A DNA stretch of 64,000 bases from positions 47,944-111,943 of the forward strand of contig JAUCBJ010003212.1 in NCBI GenBank assembly GCA_032718475.1, read 5' to 3'. The notes beneath the pieces were generated by a model. It was given only the letters and a program-made list of their open reading frames with translations. It made no database searches and was not told the origin of the DNA. The position numbers and the translations under genes are program-made. Below, in pieces: positions 24,453-37,849 of the stretch (positions within the stretch are counted from its first letter, which is position 1; every line of letters starts with the position of its first letter). The stretch comes from Nemertoderma westbladi. Taxonomy: Eukaryota > Animalia > Xenacoelomorpha.

Positions 24453-24683
24453 AAGAGAATACGAAATTTTCGAGTGACTATTTTTAAACATAAATAACTT
24501 CGGTTCTACAGGGCCGTTTAATCTGAAACTTTTTTCATTGGATAGAGAATAGATTGTAGTGTGTGAAATAGGATACAACTTGGGAAAAGACGCATGTGCA
24601 GTTAGTGCAAAATGCACTTAAATAGTGAACATTTTTTCGATATTTCAAACACTATTATTTCCAGTTCTATTCATCGTAGAATG

Positions 24684-25958
24684 TTATTTTTTGGATTAAA
24701 ATGTAGTTTGGAATGATTTCTAACTATAATCGTAACATTTGTTTAACTTTTTATGTCTATAAAGTGACTTAAAATGTCCATGAATATGGTCCAAAATCGC
24801 AAATCCAGATTTATTAAATTGGATTTTTGACACTTTTAGCGACTGACACTTGATCATACACCGTAGATCGGTAGAGGATAAACATAAGTTTGTTAAATAA
24901 GAGCCACCATTACGATCTGCTGAAGTGCACTTGTACAAATAAGTGTGCAAAAGTGCAAATTTTTTAATAAGGTCAAATTATATAGTATTGGGTTATTTTC
25001 TTTGCAGATACTTTATTTTCATATTAATATGTTGTTTGAACCTTACTGAGCGCATTAGGGGATATGCGTACAAATAACCGGCCCTTATGAGGCTTCGATT
25101 GGGTAAATTAATAAAACATAAGGTTGTATAGTATAATATTCTAAAAACCAGTGTGATATTAAATGCACTTTAAATAATAAATAGAAATCAAATAACAATT
25201 GGACCACACAATTAAAAACTCGCACAATTTTGTACAGTACTTATTATATCGCTTCAAATTAATTCAACAGTGGATATTTGGGGGAAGGGGGAAGTTACAG
25301 TGTGTATTCGGGGGAAGTTTGGTGAACTGCATTTATGCAGTGAATCCAAACTTCCCCCTTTGATATATCATATACTTAAGACATGCTAGGGTGACGGGGA
25401 AATATTTGTTACTGTCACACTTTGCTTCCATTTATCCTATCCTTTATTATTACCCCTGTCAGATAAGAGATAATAAATCAGTAAAAACTAAACTAAACTG
25501 TCTTTCATGCAAACAAATTTCTAACTAAAGACGGGTGAATGACCATGACCATGGAAATAATTTTAAATATAATTGTATATCAACTATTTGGGGAGGCTTC
25601 CAAGTTAAACCCGAAAACAATTATTTTGTTACATAGTAAATAACGTTGTATGTTCTTCTTCCTCTCATAATAAAATATAAATGAAATATCTCAGATCGCT
25701 ATGCCCTGTAACATTTCACAACCAAAATATTTAAGTGTGAAAAGTGTAGGCCTACCACACTCCGCCCAAACAACCGCAAACGCATAGCCAACAAATTTAA
25801 CAAAAGGTTACATACATGTTGGGTTCATGACGAGATGAGTGAAAATTGATCGCGTAATATAAAGTAAAAAATTAAGAGACGGGCTGGCTCTCCTCCACTT
25901 TCTTACCCAATGGAAATGTTGTTGTAATAATCTAATATTGGGGCGGCTTTCTCTCGGT
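24684..25958 (+). repeat. Interspersed repeat, inverted near-identical copy of 62773-64000
   Basis: Direct reverse-complement comparison; this copy has ~50 extra bp at ~25040-25088. Confidence 0.92.
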
Positions 25959-26658
25959 TAGAATAACGTGCCACTGTAAGCTGCTCCTTTCCCTAAATTG
26001 ATAATTTAGCATTGCAATTCTACCTATTCGGACTATCTCATTTAGACCTTCATATACTACGGTAGTATCTGGTGCCATCCTGGCATCTGGGTTGTTACCA
26101 TGATAATTATAGTGAGTAAAAACGTTCTGGTAACACCACTGGGGGATCGAAAATCGTATTGCTTTTGTATATAAAATCATGATCCGGTATAGAATTTGTC
26201 ACTTTTAGGAAAATCAATGATTCCTGTTGGGCATGAGTCGGTTTATTGCTGACAACAATATTACCTACCCGAATCAGTTAAAACATTTATTATAGGGGTC
26301 TAGATCCATGCAAGGTGTAATGCTACTGTACATCTGCCGGTCTAATATGGACAGGATATTTATGAGCGAAAATGAGAGCACGCTTAGGTATATAAAAATA
26401 ATTGGTTTAAAGAACTTAAGATGGATTCCGAATCTATGAAGGCTAGTTGATAAAATTGTGCCCCTTAAAATTCCAATCCCCATGACTTTTAGCGAGATTA
26501 TCCGCATCTTCAAGGCAGGGTCCTTTCAGAGGTGTTTGTAGAAAGTCATGGGCTGTCCATCATGCTTATTTTCTCCATGGGGCTGCCAAATCACACTACA
26601 ACTACTATTGGCATGCTGCATTGTGGATGCATTATATATATTAAGAATGCGGTGCCGA

Positions 26659-27025
26659 TGTACAAGGCTGAGATAACTCCCTCTTGAAATGACTCCCCAG
26701 TCATCTCAGCCTAGGCTGAGAACACTCCTCAGTTGTCTCAGCCTAGGCTGAGATAATGGAGGAGAGAACAATCCCCTTACGCAGAGATGACTCCCCTCTG
26801 GCTGAGATGATTCCACTAATTGAGTTATAATTAATAACCATACCTGTGTAATTTTCATATATTGCATTGAGATATCATTTATTGTTTTGGTTAGAAAAGC
26901 CCGCCACTGTATCCTTCTCCTTTCCGTTAATTAAGAACTCTAGGGAGAAAACTGGTGAGTGTTCTCAGCCTAGGCTGAGGCGACGGGGAGTCATATTTGG
27001 TGAGGAGTTATCTCAGCCTGTTACA
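26659..27025. mobile_element. Ginger-type MITE inserted in the 3' end of an RTE relic
   Basis: TGT...ACA termini with TIR TGTA(C/A)(A/C)AGGCTGAGATAACTCC; flanks CCGA/CCGG. The empty site GTGCCGGCTTG is present in the RTE copy at ~47747. Confidence 0.7.
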
Positions 27026-27029
27026 CCGG

Positions 27030-27667
27030 CTTGACAATTTGGCTCCGCTACAACTCCCTATCACTCATGACATTTTTAGATCATCCGCATCTTCAATGGC
27101 ATGTGTCCTTTAAGAGGCGTCTCAAGAATACCATGGGTTGTCCACCATGCTTATTCACTCCATGAAGCTGCCAAAGGACAAGATTATGCACTGGCTGGTC
27201 TTCATGGCAAAAGCAATGCCTGCAAAGCGGGAGGCGGCTCTGTATTCAAGTGTCAAGCTATGGGAGACTAATGGTACACCTTCAAAGTTGTATAGAGTCT
27301 GAATAGAGATGTGTTCATTGTACTTGACGCAATAAATCAGCATTCTTGTGAAAGGGCCGTGCATCGATATGGTATCCTTTGCAGTTAGAGCCCAGCATGG
27401 ACCCCCCCCCCCCCATATGAGAGTACTTGTAGTACTCCTGTCCAAATAATCGAACCTTGAGGTTCTGTTTTATTCTATAGGACATCCAAAACCTGGACAG
27501 ACTATTTAACTCTGCCCATGCCTTCCCCTTATGTATCCGACTGACGTCTGTCATAATTTTTGTCTTTTTGGAGTTAATAAAAAGACCAACACTAGAAGCA
27601 ATATCCTGCTCCAATGAGCAGAGGAGCCTTTGGGCTCCCTCTAGTGATTCTGACAGTACCCCAAGTT
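27030..27667 (-). mobile_element. Decayed 3' fragment of RTE-clade LINE (same family as 47662-49480)
   Basis: LGVLSESLEGAQRLL, KGKAWAELN and PCWALTA motifs match the 536-aa ORF; frameshifted. Confidence 0.85.
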
Positions 27668-27929
27668 CCCATCTTCCCACCTACCTTCCCATATTTCTAC
27701 ATCTTTTCATTCAATCTTTCCACCATAATTTATAATTATGTAATATAATAATTATTTATTTAATGATTCATGATTTTAAAATGACTTTTTTTTATTATTT
27801 ATTAGCCTCAACGATAACGTTTGATGACAAAGGAAAATAAATTATTCACAGCAGTTAATAGAATCACTCGCATAGAGATTATTAAATTGATATTTGATTC
27901 AGACAGGATACTTGATTCTCAGGATGATA

Positions 27930-28390
27930 TAACCTTTCAGTAATGTTCTGACACTTTGTTATCGAAAAAACTACCAGCAACATTAAAAAAATACATGAGA
28001 CGTAAAGTACTCCCGCTGTTATCAGGTTATGTATGGGAACCGAAATAGCTCGGGGTAGTTGATAAATTCTGGGATAATAATAATAACGAATCAGCCAATC
28101 GCGTCTTCAAACAGGCGTTCGATTCGAAGCCACGGCCCCTGACTGAAATTGTCAAGCTTTTGATAGATGTAGTTAGAACCAAACAAAGAGATGTTGAAAG
28201 GGCTGTTATTGGAAATGGACAATATCGACTCTCGGGATGTTTGAAAAGGTTTGCAGTGGGAAAGTCCAAATGGGTAGGAATGGATGGCGTAACAAGAACT
28301 CATCATTTAATTAAAATGCAGACCTATAAACTTCGAGAAATTCAAATCGTTACCTCAATGGATGAAATGTTAGCAGCCAGGACAGCGTAA
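27930..28390 (+). pseudogene. Fragment of a MULE-like DDE transposase C-terminus
   Basis: Reads KLPATLKKYMRRKVLPLLSGYVWEPK*LGVVDKFWDNNNNESANRVFK...VERAVIGNGQYRL; the NNxxESxN motif is typical around the catalytic Glu. Confidence 0.55.
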
Positions 28391-29049
28391 GAGAAAGCGA
28401 GACGTTTGGTGCATTTCTCATTAACTCAGTAATATAAATGGACTATAATCATGAACAGTTTTCTTGCATTTTTCGTTAACTCAGTATTATAAATGGACTA
28501 TATCATGAACAGTTTCCTTGCATTTCTCGTTAACTCAGTAATATAAATATATAAATAAAATATATATAAATTATTGAACTAAAACAGTAAAATCTGAGTA
28601 AGATTCTGAGTTTAATTCTCTGAGTAAAACAGTTGTTATTCTCTTAGACTTTATTGAACTAAAACAGTTGTTATTCACTGTTATTCACAATTATATAATT
28701 AATTATGATATTGCAATGCTAAAAATAACTACGTAAATGTTAACTAATACACTAATACTGTACAATACATCCAATAATAAATACTTCAATAAATATTTCG
28801 ATTCAATTTTGTTATTTCAATAACTAGGTATATAAAGTAGTACTTTAAATAGGGGGACATTAATGCAATCGTTATTAATCCCACTCCAGTGCAAAATCGA
28901 CGCAAATAACAATGGATTACTTCCAAAAATAATACTTCCCTAACCTGTTCAATTGATATTAGTTTATTGTTTTGGTTAGAATAACGTGTCAGTTTAACTA
29001 GCTCCTTTCCATTAAATTGATGCATTAATTCAATGTTGCCAATGCCTTC

Positions 29050-30320
29050 TCAACTTACGTAACCGAAGGTGCTGACCTCCGGATCTATGATTCAAGTACA
29101 AAAGTCATCTACATGCTAAATTAAGCCATCCCTGGACCTTATACCCTTACGATCAGACATCTCTTGAAGGCTATCAGGGATCACTGTCATAATTGTGGTC
29201 TTCTTGGAGTTTACAAAAAGACCAACAATAGAAGCAATCTGCTCCAACCTGCTCCAATCCGGCTCCTTTGTGCTCCCTGTAGTGATTCTGAAAGTACTCT
29301 TAAGTCATCAGAAACATCAGATCAGTTAGGTACTTTGCTGGATTTCCTATAGTTCTTGTGCCAGTCCCCCCGACTGGCACCCCATCTTTAAGATGGTGTA
29401 AGGATATACGTCAAACATAATCTGCCACAATTATAAAAAAGAATAGTGCAAGTGTGTCACCCTGGAGGACTCCCCATAAGATTTCGAAAGCGATTTCGAA
29501 AAAGATTTCGGGAGCTGTGTCACCATCAGCAGTAGAAACAAACGTGGTGGAACCATTGTACAGTGATCTGATAGCTGCCTGAACATACATGGTCGGAAGA
29601 CTGAGTCGAAGGTCTTAAAGAAGTGAACAAAGGTAATAGCCAGATGACTGTCTTCGATTATTCTTCTAAGTAGGTTCTAAATAGGTTCCATGTTCCTATG
29701 ACCTTTTCGGAACCAATTTTGGTTCCCACGTAACAGTCTCTCAACAGGACCCCAGATGCAATTTAATATAATTATTTTGTATAGCTTTGCAGCAATCGAG
29801 ATTAATGAATTTCCACGAAAAGATCCATAGGTTGTAAGGTTGCCCTTCGTTGGAGCATGGACCCATCTATTTGTTTTCAGTTCTTGAGGGACTCTCTTTG
29901 TCCTATACATGTCCGCAATGATGGGGTGAATGAAGTCCAAACACGCAGGAATTTTAAAGACCTCAAAGGGCACACCATCTACTACAGTACACTGTTGTGA
30001 TTGGTCTTGATGCTTCTTGGGGCAGTCTTGACTTCAGCAAAGGAGATGTCACCAATGGGGATATCTGTGAACACAGACTCAGATACACGATATACCTCAA
30101 AGTTATCAGGCAATACCCTGTCATTGCTTAGAAGCTTCTCAAAGTGGGCCTTTCAACCATTGAGGCGTTCAGCGGGAGGTTCAGCCTTAACCTTGTTGGT
30201 TGGTTTGATTTTCCTCCCAGTGAGCAGGTTTATTGATTTCCATGCCTGGGCTGATTACTTCAGCATTGTTAATGGCATCAACCTGCTTATTGATAAGTTT
30301 CCTAAGATTAGTACTGCCTG
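29050..30320 (-). mobile_element. Decayed RTE LINE internal fragment
   Basis: EVFKIP, KGNLTTYGSFRG and ISIAAKLY motifs are homologous to 47736-49346; many frameshifts. Confidence 0.88.
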
Positions 30321-31189
30321 TTAACCCTATTAACCCCAGGGGGGGGGGGGGGGGGGGGGGGGTCAATATGACGTCCCATGGTTTTTTTTATATAACTCTG
30401 AAACAAATGGGCAGATGGGAATCGGAAATTTTATGACTTTTCCTAAAGATCTATTGCATTCCTAATAGTGAAAACGGTTTTCAAAAATATTGAGAAGATT
30501 TCGAGTTATAGCACCATTTTTTAACCCTACTTTTGGCACTTTTTTTAAGACGTTTTTTGAAAATTACATTTCATGAAATATGATTTGTAACATCTCTAAT
30601 TTTGATTTACACAGCTTTTTTGGTGTTTGCAATTAGATAGAATTCAATAAATTAATTTAGAAATTTCAAACTTGTTTTTTTCAGTGAGAGCCAAATTTTG
30701 GTGCCAGCACCAAATTTTGAATTATGTCAATTTTGTAAATTCATTGTTTGAACCTGTTTTTTGCGCAATAGGGTTTTTTTGGGGTTCTGCTTTCGATAGA
30801 ATATATACGAATTGCACCAAGCGTATCAAACTTGTATTTTTCGGTGCTGTGTGCAAAATTTGGTGCTAGCATGAAATTTTGAAAATTTTTTCAATAGTTC
30901 AATAGATTGTGACAATTTATTTCTCGCATTTTAAAGGTTTATGGCGGTTCTAAATTCAATGGAATAAATAATTATATAACTAGACATCTCGTACTTATAT
31001 TTTTCGGCATTGGGTGAATATTTTTGTGCCAGGAACAAGTTTTTTAAAATAAGCAAATTGATCAAGATATTGTATCATCTTGTTTCTTGCGTTATACGGG
31101 TTTTTGAGGGTCGTGAATAACTTAGTAATGTATTCCATTAGAATCAGCGCCCCAGGAAACTTGAAAATGTGAATTTATAGCATCGTATA

Positions 31190-31405
31190 AGTGATTTAAA
31201 CACTCAGGTATTTTAAAGACCTCAGGGGGAACACCATCTACTCCACTGGCACGATTGGTCTTAATGCTCTTTGCAGCAGCCTTCACTTCTGCAAAGGAGA
31301 TATCGCCAATGGGAATATCTGGGAGTACAGACTGAGACACTTTTACTTCTATAAAGTTATCAGGCAATACCCTACCTTTATTGAGGAGCTTTTCAAAGTG
31401 GGTCA
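31190..31405 (-). mobile_element. Short RTE LINE fragment, near-identical to 49180-49382
   Basis: LPDNFIEVKVSQSVLPDIPIGDISFAEVKAAAKSIKTNRASGVDGVPPEVFKIP. Confidence 0.88.
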
Positions 31406-32453
31406 AAATGTTAGGAATGCAATTCCCATGCATTTGTCCAAAATGCATTTGTCATTCCCTGTAAAATTTATGTAATATTGTTAGCGGATGTTCGCCGTCA
31501 AGGTATCCAATAGGGCATACCAGCAAAGGGATGATGCAATAGGGCCAGCTGGGCAGTGGACTAACAATCCACCTCAGTGGGCAGAGGCTAGCAGAGCCCG
31601 TTAGGGAGAGGTTTATGGTGTGATAATGTAGCCAATGGGATGGCTGCATGTGGCAGCTTTGAGAGTGTATTGATCACAGGCCAATAAATGTATTGGCCGC
31701 CTATATTTTACCCTTTATATTAAAGGTCATGTGCATTGTGCAATCAGTTGGCATTTAGTCCGTGTAGTAGAGGTGAAATAGTTTTCCACTGCTGTTCTCT
31801 GCTATCATCACTACCGGTACACTGTATTGCAGACGATTAATAGTAACATTCACTGAAACAAACTCTATTATTTTACCGTCCTATGGCTATTATTTTACCG
31901 TCCTATGGCCAAGTCAGTCAGTCCCACCACTCAGCATTAGCCAGCGCGTGCATAGGGAACATCACAATCACAAAGTCAAATGGTTGGGATCGCAGGCCAA
32001 ATTTTTTTTTTAATTTTATTTTGAATGGTGAGCTTTCATGAGAGCGCTTATATTAACTAAAACTAATAATATTCTAAAATTAATATAATAATATTCTATT
32101 CTATTTTTTAATATTATCTAATAATATTCTAGAATAACATTTATTTTTTTTTTCCATTATAAAATGAGTACACCATGGCATCTTATATTTGAATTTACAG
32201 ACAAGATAAACAATCATATTATCCTAAAGTACTGTAATGACATTCCAACTGTTTATTTTCCTCTCATCAACTTCTTCCATCCAGCTGCAACATCGAATTG
32301 ATTAGATATCGACTTTCCCACTCCTTTCTTCCCACACCCCTTCGATCTTCCTCTCTTTCCTTTCTTCTTCCCCTTTCCTCCACGACTCCTTGATCTACTC
32401 CCTTTACCTCGACGACTCTTTGATCTACTCCCTTTACCTCGGCGAGAATAACT

Positions 32454-33135
32454 CTATTCCACAGCGCTGATTGAACCCCGAACACAAAGGGCATTCCCTC
32501 TCACTATGGCTATCCCGATGCGTTGCTTCAGCCACAAGCTCTCGCGTGGGTCTCCTGACTCCGCTATGAGTCTTCGGCCAAGATCTTTTAACACGCTGAT
32601 GGTGGATGGACCGAATACTCCTGTGGTCTCGAAGGCCAGGGGTTCGAATTGGTACTGCTGACCCAAATTGCGGTATTTCACATGCTTTAGCTCCTCCGCT
32701 GCTGCTGATGCTGAGGATGGCTCAATGGCAGAGCGAATAATGTGGGATGGGGCAAAGGTATCCACACATGTAGCATCCCATACCAGGCACCGGCCTTTCG
32801 AGTAGGGGTAGATGGTCATACCATCAGGACGTTTCCCATCTCCCCTATCCAACCCAGTAGGTTCCAGGACAGATGGTAGACCAGCTCTGCTCAGTGAACG
32901 TTTCAGCACATCGTTGAGAGCTGCATGACGTGGGAACCTACCCATGCTGTTTCGGCAGGACAGTGCATGGTGCCCAAGAATATCCACTTCCTTGCCACAC
33001 TTGCAGGTGTGTTTATGGCAGATAGGTGCACCAACTGTCTGTGCTATACCAATTCGAAGAGCTTCCGGATCCAAATTCGACCCTAAAGATGGAATAGGGG
33101 TCGCATGAAGCCAAAGCCCACTCTCCACTCTAGAA
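32454..33135 (-). mobile_element. 3' fragment of an RLE-type non-LTR retrotransposon (CRE-like): CCHC knuckle plus restriction-like endonuclease
   Basis: CKCG...GHHALSC, RHAALND, EPTGL...KRPDG...WDAT...DT motifs; frame is open to the stop; no RT upstream. Confidence 0.8.
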
Positions 33136-33554
33136 TTGAGTATAATAAACATTAGATTTATAGTGATTTACATCTTAAAATTGACACCTTAGTATTTTGA
33201 TAATATCTCCGGAAGTTATTGGTGAAATTTAAAACAGTTTTCAGATTCGGATTCTGCGAATAATTTCGGATTATGGATATATATAGATAAAGGCGTTTCT
33301 AATGATATCCAGATTACATTCCAAAGTCGAAAAATAAAGCCGACTGAGGTGGCTAAATATTGCCAAAAAAGACCAGTTTTAAAGGCTTGTTTTATTGAAA
33401 AAGTTCAGAAATTGATAAATCAGGCTCTACCAGCAAATCACAGTTCTCAATTTCATGCATGTCAACACTGCATTCAGATTCAATATCATGATTATCTAAT
33501 AGAGTTATATAATAATGGCCTTTGGCTCTTTGAAATGTACTACTACTATTTCTA

Positions 33555-33900
33555 GGTCGAGTGAACTCGGACAGTGGAAATGATATCCTTCCAGGCTTCC
33601 CGATTCTCCATAGTTGTCGCAATTTCGTTTCTGCCAAGTTGAGTATCCCTTTCAAGTTGATCTATATATGTCATGGCCGGTCGTCCACGACTACGCTTTC
33701 CATGAGTTGGTTGCCAGAGAAGTAGATCTGGTATGACCTCGTCTTTACTTCGCCAGCAGTGCCCACTGAATCTAGATCTGCGTTCACAGAGGGTGGTTGA
33801 TACAGGTGCTATTGTACCATAAAGCTCAGCTCGGCGTTTGTTGTCTCCAGCTGATGTTTAGGGCTGCCCTTAGTAGTCTTGTGTAGCAACCATCAATTCG
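33555..33900 (-). mobile_element. 3' fragment of a second RTE-clade LINE family (related relics at ~36960-37130 and ~52790-53035)
   Basis: Minus strand FSGHCWRSKDEVIPDLLLWQPTHGKRSRGRPAMTYIDQL. Confidence 0.75.
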
Positions 33901-34624
33901 TTGTTCAAGTGATTTAGTAAGTGTCCAGGTCTCACCCCCGTATAAAAATACACTTTCCACTGTGGCTCGAAAGAACTTAGTCTACTTTTTCCTTCGTATG
34001 TCTGTTGTGCAAATTGTATTGACAAGAGGTCTCTCATATGCTTCGGCTTGTTGCCCAATTGTCCTCTTCTTTGGATAATAAATGTTAAAAAAAAAACTTA
34101 GTTAAGTCAGTATATTAGCAAACGAGCCAATTAAGGCTATTGTTGAATTACACAGAAACCGCTGCACTGCGCTGGTGGGCAATAATACTATAACAGGATG
34201 ATATAATTATGTGAAATATACGCACCAAGCAATAAACCTATCTTAGATATAAACAATGGTGAGATATTCTAAAAAAAAGTAATTGTGACAACTCAATAAT
34301 GACGACAGTAGATAATTTACAAAACCAGCAAGAGAGTTACAACCATATGGTTAAGTAATAGACTTCTAATACTAAAAATATAGATTATATCTGTGAATAA
34401 GTGTAGGATTATTTTTCTAGTATGTTATTGATGCATCGTACTAACACAATAGAATGTCACAATCATGCGATAATGTATATGACTCTTGACCCCAGCAGGT
34501 CCCAGCTACAATTTAAGCACATTACAGTACAAGAAAGAAAAAACAAGAAATTGCAGATAAGGAATTGCATGTACAGTAGTCAAACAGCAACTAACAATGA
34601 TTGTTACCCACAAATCTAAGCAGG

Positions 34625-36894
34625 TTAGGGATTTCTCATCTTAGTAGCTTTTATAATGTAAATTCCTAAATTAACCAGCACAGAACTGTTAGATTCGATT
34701 AGCAAATCATAATATTTATAAACTGAAGGATGGTGGTGATAGTTCAGTGGGATTAATTCATCCCTAATATTTTTTATAAAGGCTACATTCCAGGATGAAA
34801 TGCATTTCGTCCTCAATTTCAGAATCGTTGCATTGGGTACACAACCTGTTTTCCCTGGCAATATTTGTCCATCTTCCTGTTTCAATACAGAGGTTATGGG
34901 AACCACATCTGAAGCGCGAGATGGCCCTATGTAGATTAGGATGGTCACCCAAGCTACATAGGTAAGATTCAGACCAAACCTATCCTTAACATAAAGAAAG
35001 CCCTTAGGCGATGCTGCCATATCAGCGTACCATGTTTGTATGTACTGGTCCTCTAAAGTCTCTTAACACTAGCTAAGAAGTAGATCTCGTCCGGAACACA
35101 CTGTCCATCAAAAGCCCAGCTATTACCAGTATTATTTAAAAGTTCCTTTACTTGAGAGACCCAAGTTTTCCTGTTAACTGACTTAAGGGCTTATGCGTGC
35201 TTCAGTAACCTAAAATCAGGCAGCTTAATGATTTTTAACCAGAATTTTTTAATTGACAATTTTCTTCTGATTTCCAGGGGGAAAACACCAACTTCCACAT
35301 AGACGTTGAAGTTTGGAGTGTTAGCACGACAATTCCTCGACATCCTGACACGCATGGAAGCCCCAGACTTGGCTTCCATATTCTAGAATCGGCCTTATAA
35401 GAATGTTGTAAATAGATATCATTGTTTTTATAGACAAAAACGGGAATTCGTTGAAGTATCCCAATAGTGAAAAGTATGCTTTGCTAGATTGTGCTGAAAT
35501 CACACAATGTGTTGAAAATATATTAGGACCCCCAATATCAAAACTCAGGCAAAGCTTAAGATATATATATCTATAGATCGTCCTAACATATAGTCAATTG
35601 TTGATTGGCCCATTTTATTAAAGAAAGTAAAATTACCAACAGATTTATCACTGCCAATTCGGCGATTAAATATTCTTATACCTGAAGCAATACAAAGGCT
35701 AAAAGTCTATGGACCATATGTATTGACTACCATGTCCTTATTTGCTCTACTAGACTGAACACAACTAGTTGCAAGGTCTAAGTCGTCACATACATAATCA
35801 TCGGGTAAATAATCCAATAGATTAGATAGGCCAAGCGAATCATTATCAATATAGTCATTTCTACTGTAGTACCTGTTCTTGCGTTTAAGTCACCTACAAT
35901 TAACAAATTTTCAGAATCACTTATAGCACTAATAGCATTCTCGATAAAATCGAAGGTTGATATGGGATCACTTTCTTGTGCAGTAGATTTTGAAGGCGGG
36001 ATATATACTGCACATAATAGGAGACCTTGACCAGCTCTAACCCAGAGTAGGTCTTCGTGCGTGAAAATATCCTCCAGTGCGATAAAGGTGCTTAATTCCT
36101 GCTTATAATATATAATTATTCCGCCACTAAAACGTTTAGCACTTTTATGATTGGATTTACGACAATTTACAAAAAATTTATAACCAGGAATATCAACACT
36201 GTGAACAAAGTTAGGGTTCAACCAGGTTTCAGCACAGATAAATAGATCATATTTAATAACAAGCTTCAAGAAGTTAGGATCACCTAATTTCGAAATTAGT
36301 CCATCAACATTTAAAAAACCCACGTTTAAGTATGCTGGTATAAAAGTAGAAGGTCCACAAAAATCTGTGGAAGTGCAAGTGCTATCCACCACGTGAGTCA
36401 GGGGCGGTGAGCCAATTGGCAAAAACACCAATTGGTGTTTATAGGGATGAGAGTGGTAGCCAAACTGTTATCCATAATAACATAATAAATAACTATTTAT
36501 CCATAACGTTAGTGTAACTTAACCTGGCTCCAATCGCAACTGGTGCAAGTGCGGGTACAGAATTACCAATAGTCTGGTTGGACTTAATAGTTTCACTAGC
36601 ACCTTTTTTGAATTTTTTCTGCTTTGGCTTCCTTTGTTTGTCCGAGTTTGTTTTTTTCTCTAAAACCTTTAAAGAATCATTGTTACTGTTAGTTCTGTGT
36701 TGCAAAGTTTCTAACCCACCAACGAAACTATTTGTTCTACGAGTGCGATTACGGTTTGACTTCCTAGTAACAGTTGTAATATCCATGTTAGTGTTTACAT
36801 TTCCCTTTTCAATTTTGTGTAGTGAGGAATTCCCTCCTATCTTAGCAAGTTCCTCCGCAATATCTACAATACTTTTCTTATGAGATTTATTCAT
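34625..36894 (-). mobile_element. Internally deleted L2/CR1-group LINE (possible ORF1 tail, APE endonuclease, C-terminal CCHC; RT core missing)
   Basis: APE motifs FLNVDGL, CAETW, SGGIIIY, VYIPP, VGDLNAR (35778-36431); RPILEYGSQVWG; RFRCGSHNL...RLCTQC...EDEMHFILEC. Confidence 0.85.
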
Positions 36895-37308
36895 GTACTT
36901 TACATTACCAGTGGAGCCCGGTACATTTAATTGCTTGGAGCTGGGGTTTTTTCAATTAGTCTTCAAGTGCCTGGAGAGGTCTGATTTCCAGATGGTATCC
37001 ATTTTTGATAGAGCATGCGCTGCCATAGATAGAGCATACCAAGCCTTGCGCTTTCCTAACTTCTATGTCCTTTTTGCTACTCTCTATCCATGATGCAAGG
37101 TACTGGAAGTTTGAAATGTAATATAGTGCCATATCCTCAATTTTTGAGATGACCAACTTCTAGTAATCCCATTGCATTGATATTACACTCATTCAATCCG
37201 CAATGATTGATTTAGTGGGGGGGTAGGAACCTTCAAAACTAGAGTAGAGTGATTCGTTCTTGAGATAATGTGCAGTAAGAATTGGATCATGGAATTCAAC
37301 ATTGGTGT

Positions 37309-37837
37309 GACACTTCTCGATTTGTGTTTCACTAAAAATCATACTTGGGCCTACAATGACTTTACAGACTTGTGCTTAGAGTCAATCGTACCACAATCAT
37401 TGATTTAGTGGGTGTAGAAACCTTCAAAACATCAGTAGAGTGATTAGTTTTTCATGAGATTGCACAAACAGTGCAGTGGCTCAACTCAACATTAGCATAT
37501 GGTTGCAATGTAGGATTATCATAAAATTTTTGCTTTTAGTGACCTCACTGAGTAAAACTTAGTTAAATTACCATAAATTACTGTATTATCACATACGCCT
37601 TACACATTATTGTTAGAATGGTCTGCAATGATCGCAACCATACACTAATGTTGAGTTGAGCCGACCTGCACCTTTTGTGCAATATCATGAAAACTAATTA
37701 TCACTCTACTGATGTTTTGAAGGTTTTCTACACCTACTAAATCAATGATTGTGGTACGATTGACTCTAAGCACAAGTCTGTGGAAGTCATTGTAGGCCTA
37801 AATATGATTTTTAGTGAAACACAAATCGAGAAGTGTC
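37309..37837. repeat. Foldback/MITE-like long inverted repeat (~200-bp arms, ~125-bp spacer)
   Basis: 37309-37507 is the reverse complement of 37633-37837, with scattered mismatches. Confidence 0.85.
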
Positions 37838-37849
37838 GCTGATGTCAAT

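Noticed and set aside
30320-31190. piggyBac-like MITE (TTAACCC end; similar single ends near 10478 and 61958)
   Set aside because: Only one terminus was found in each case, so boundaries and class cannot be established.
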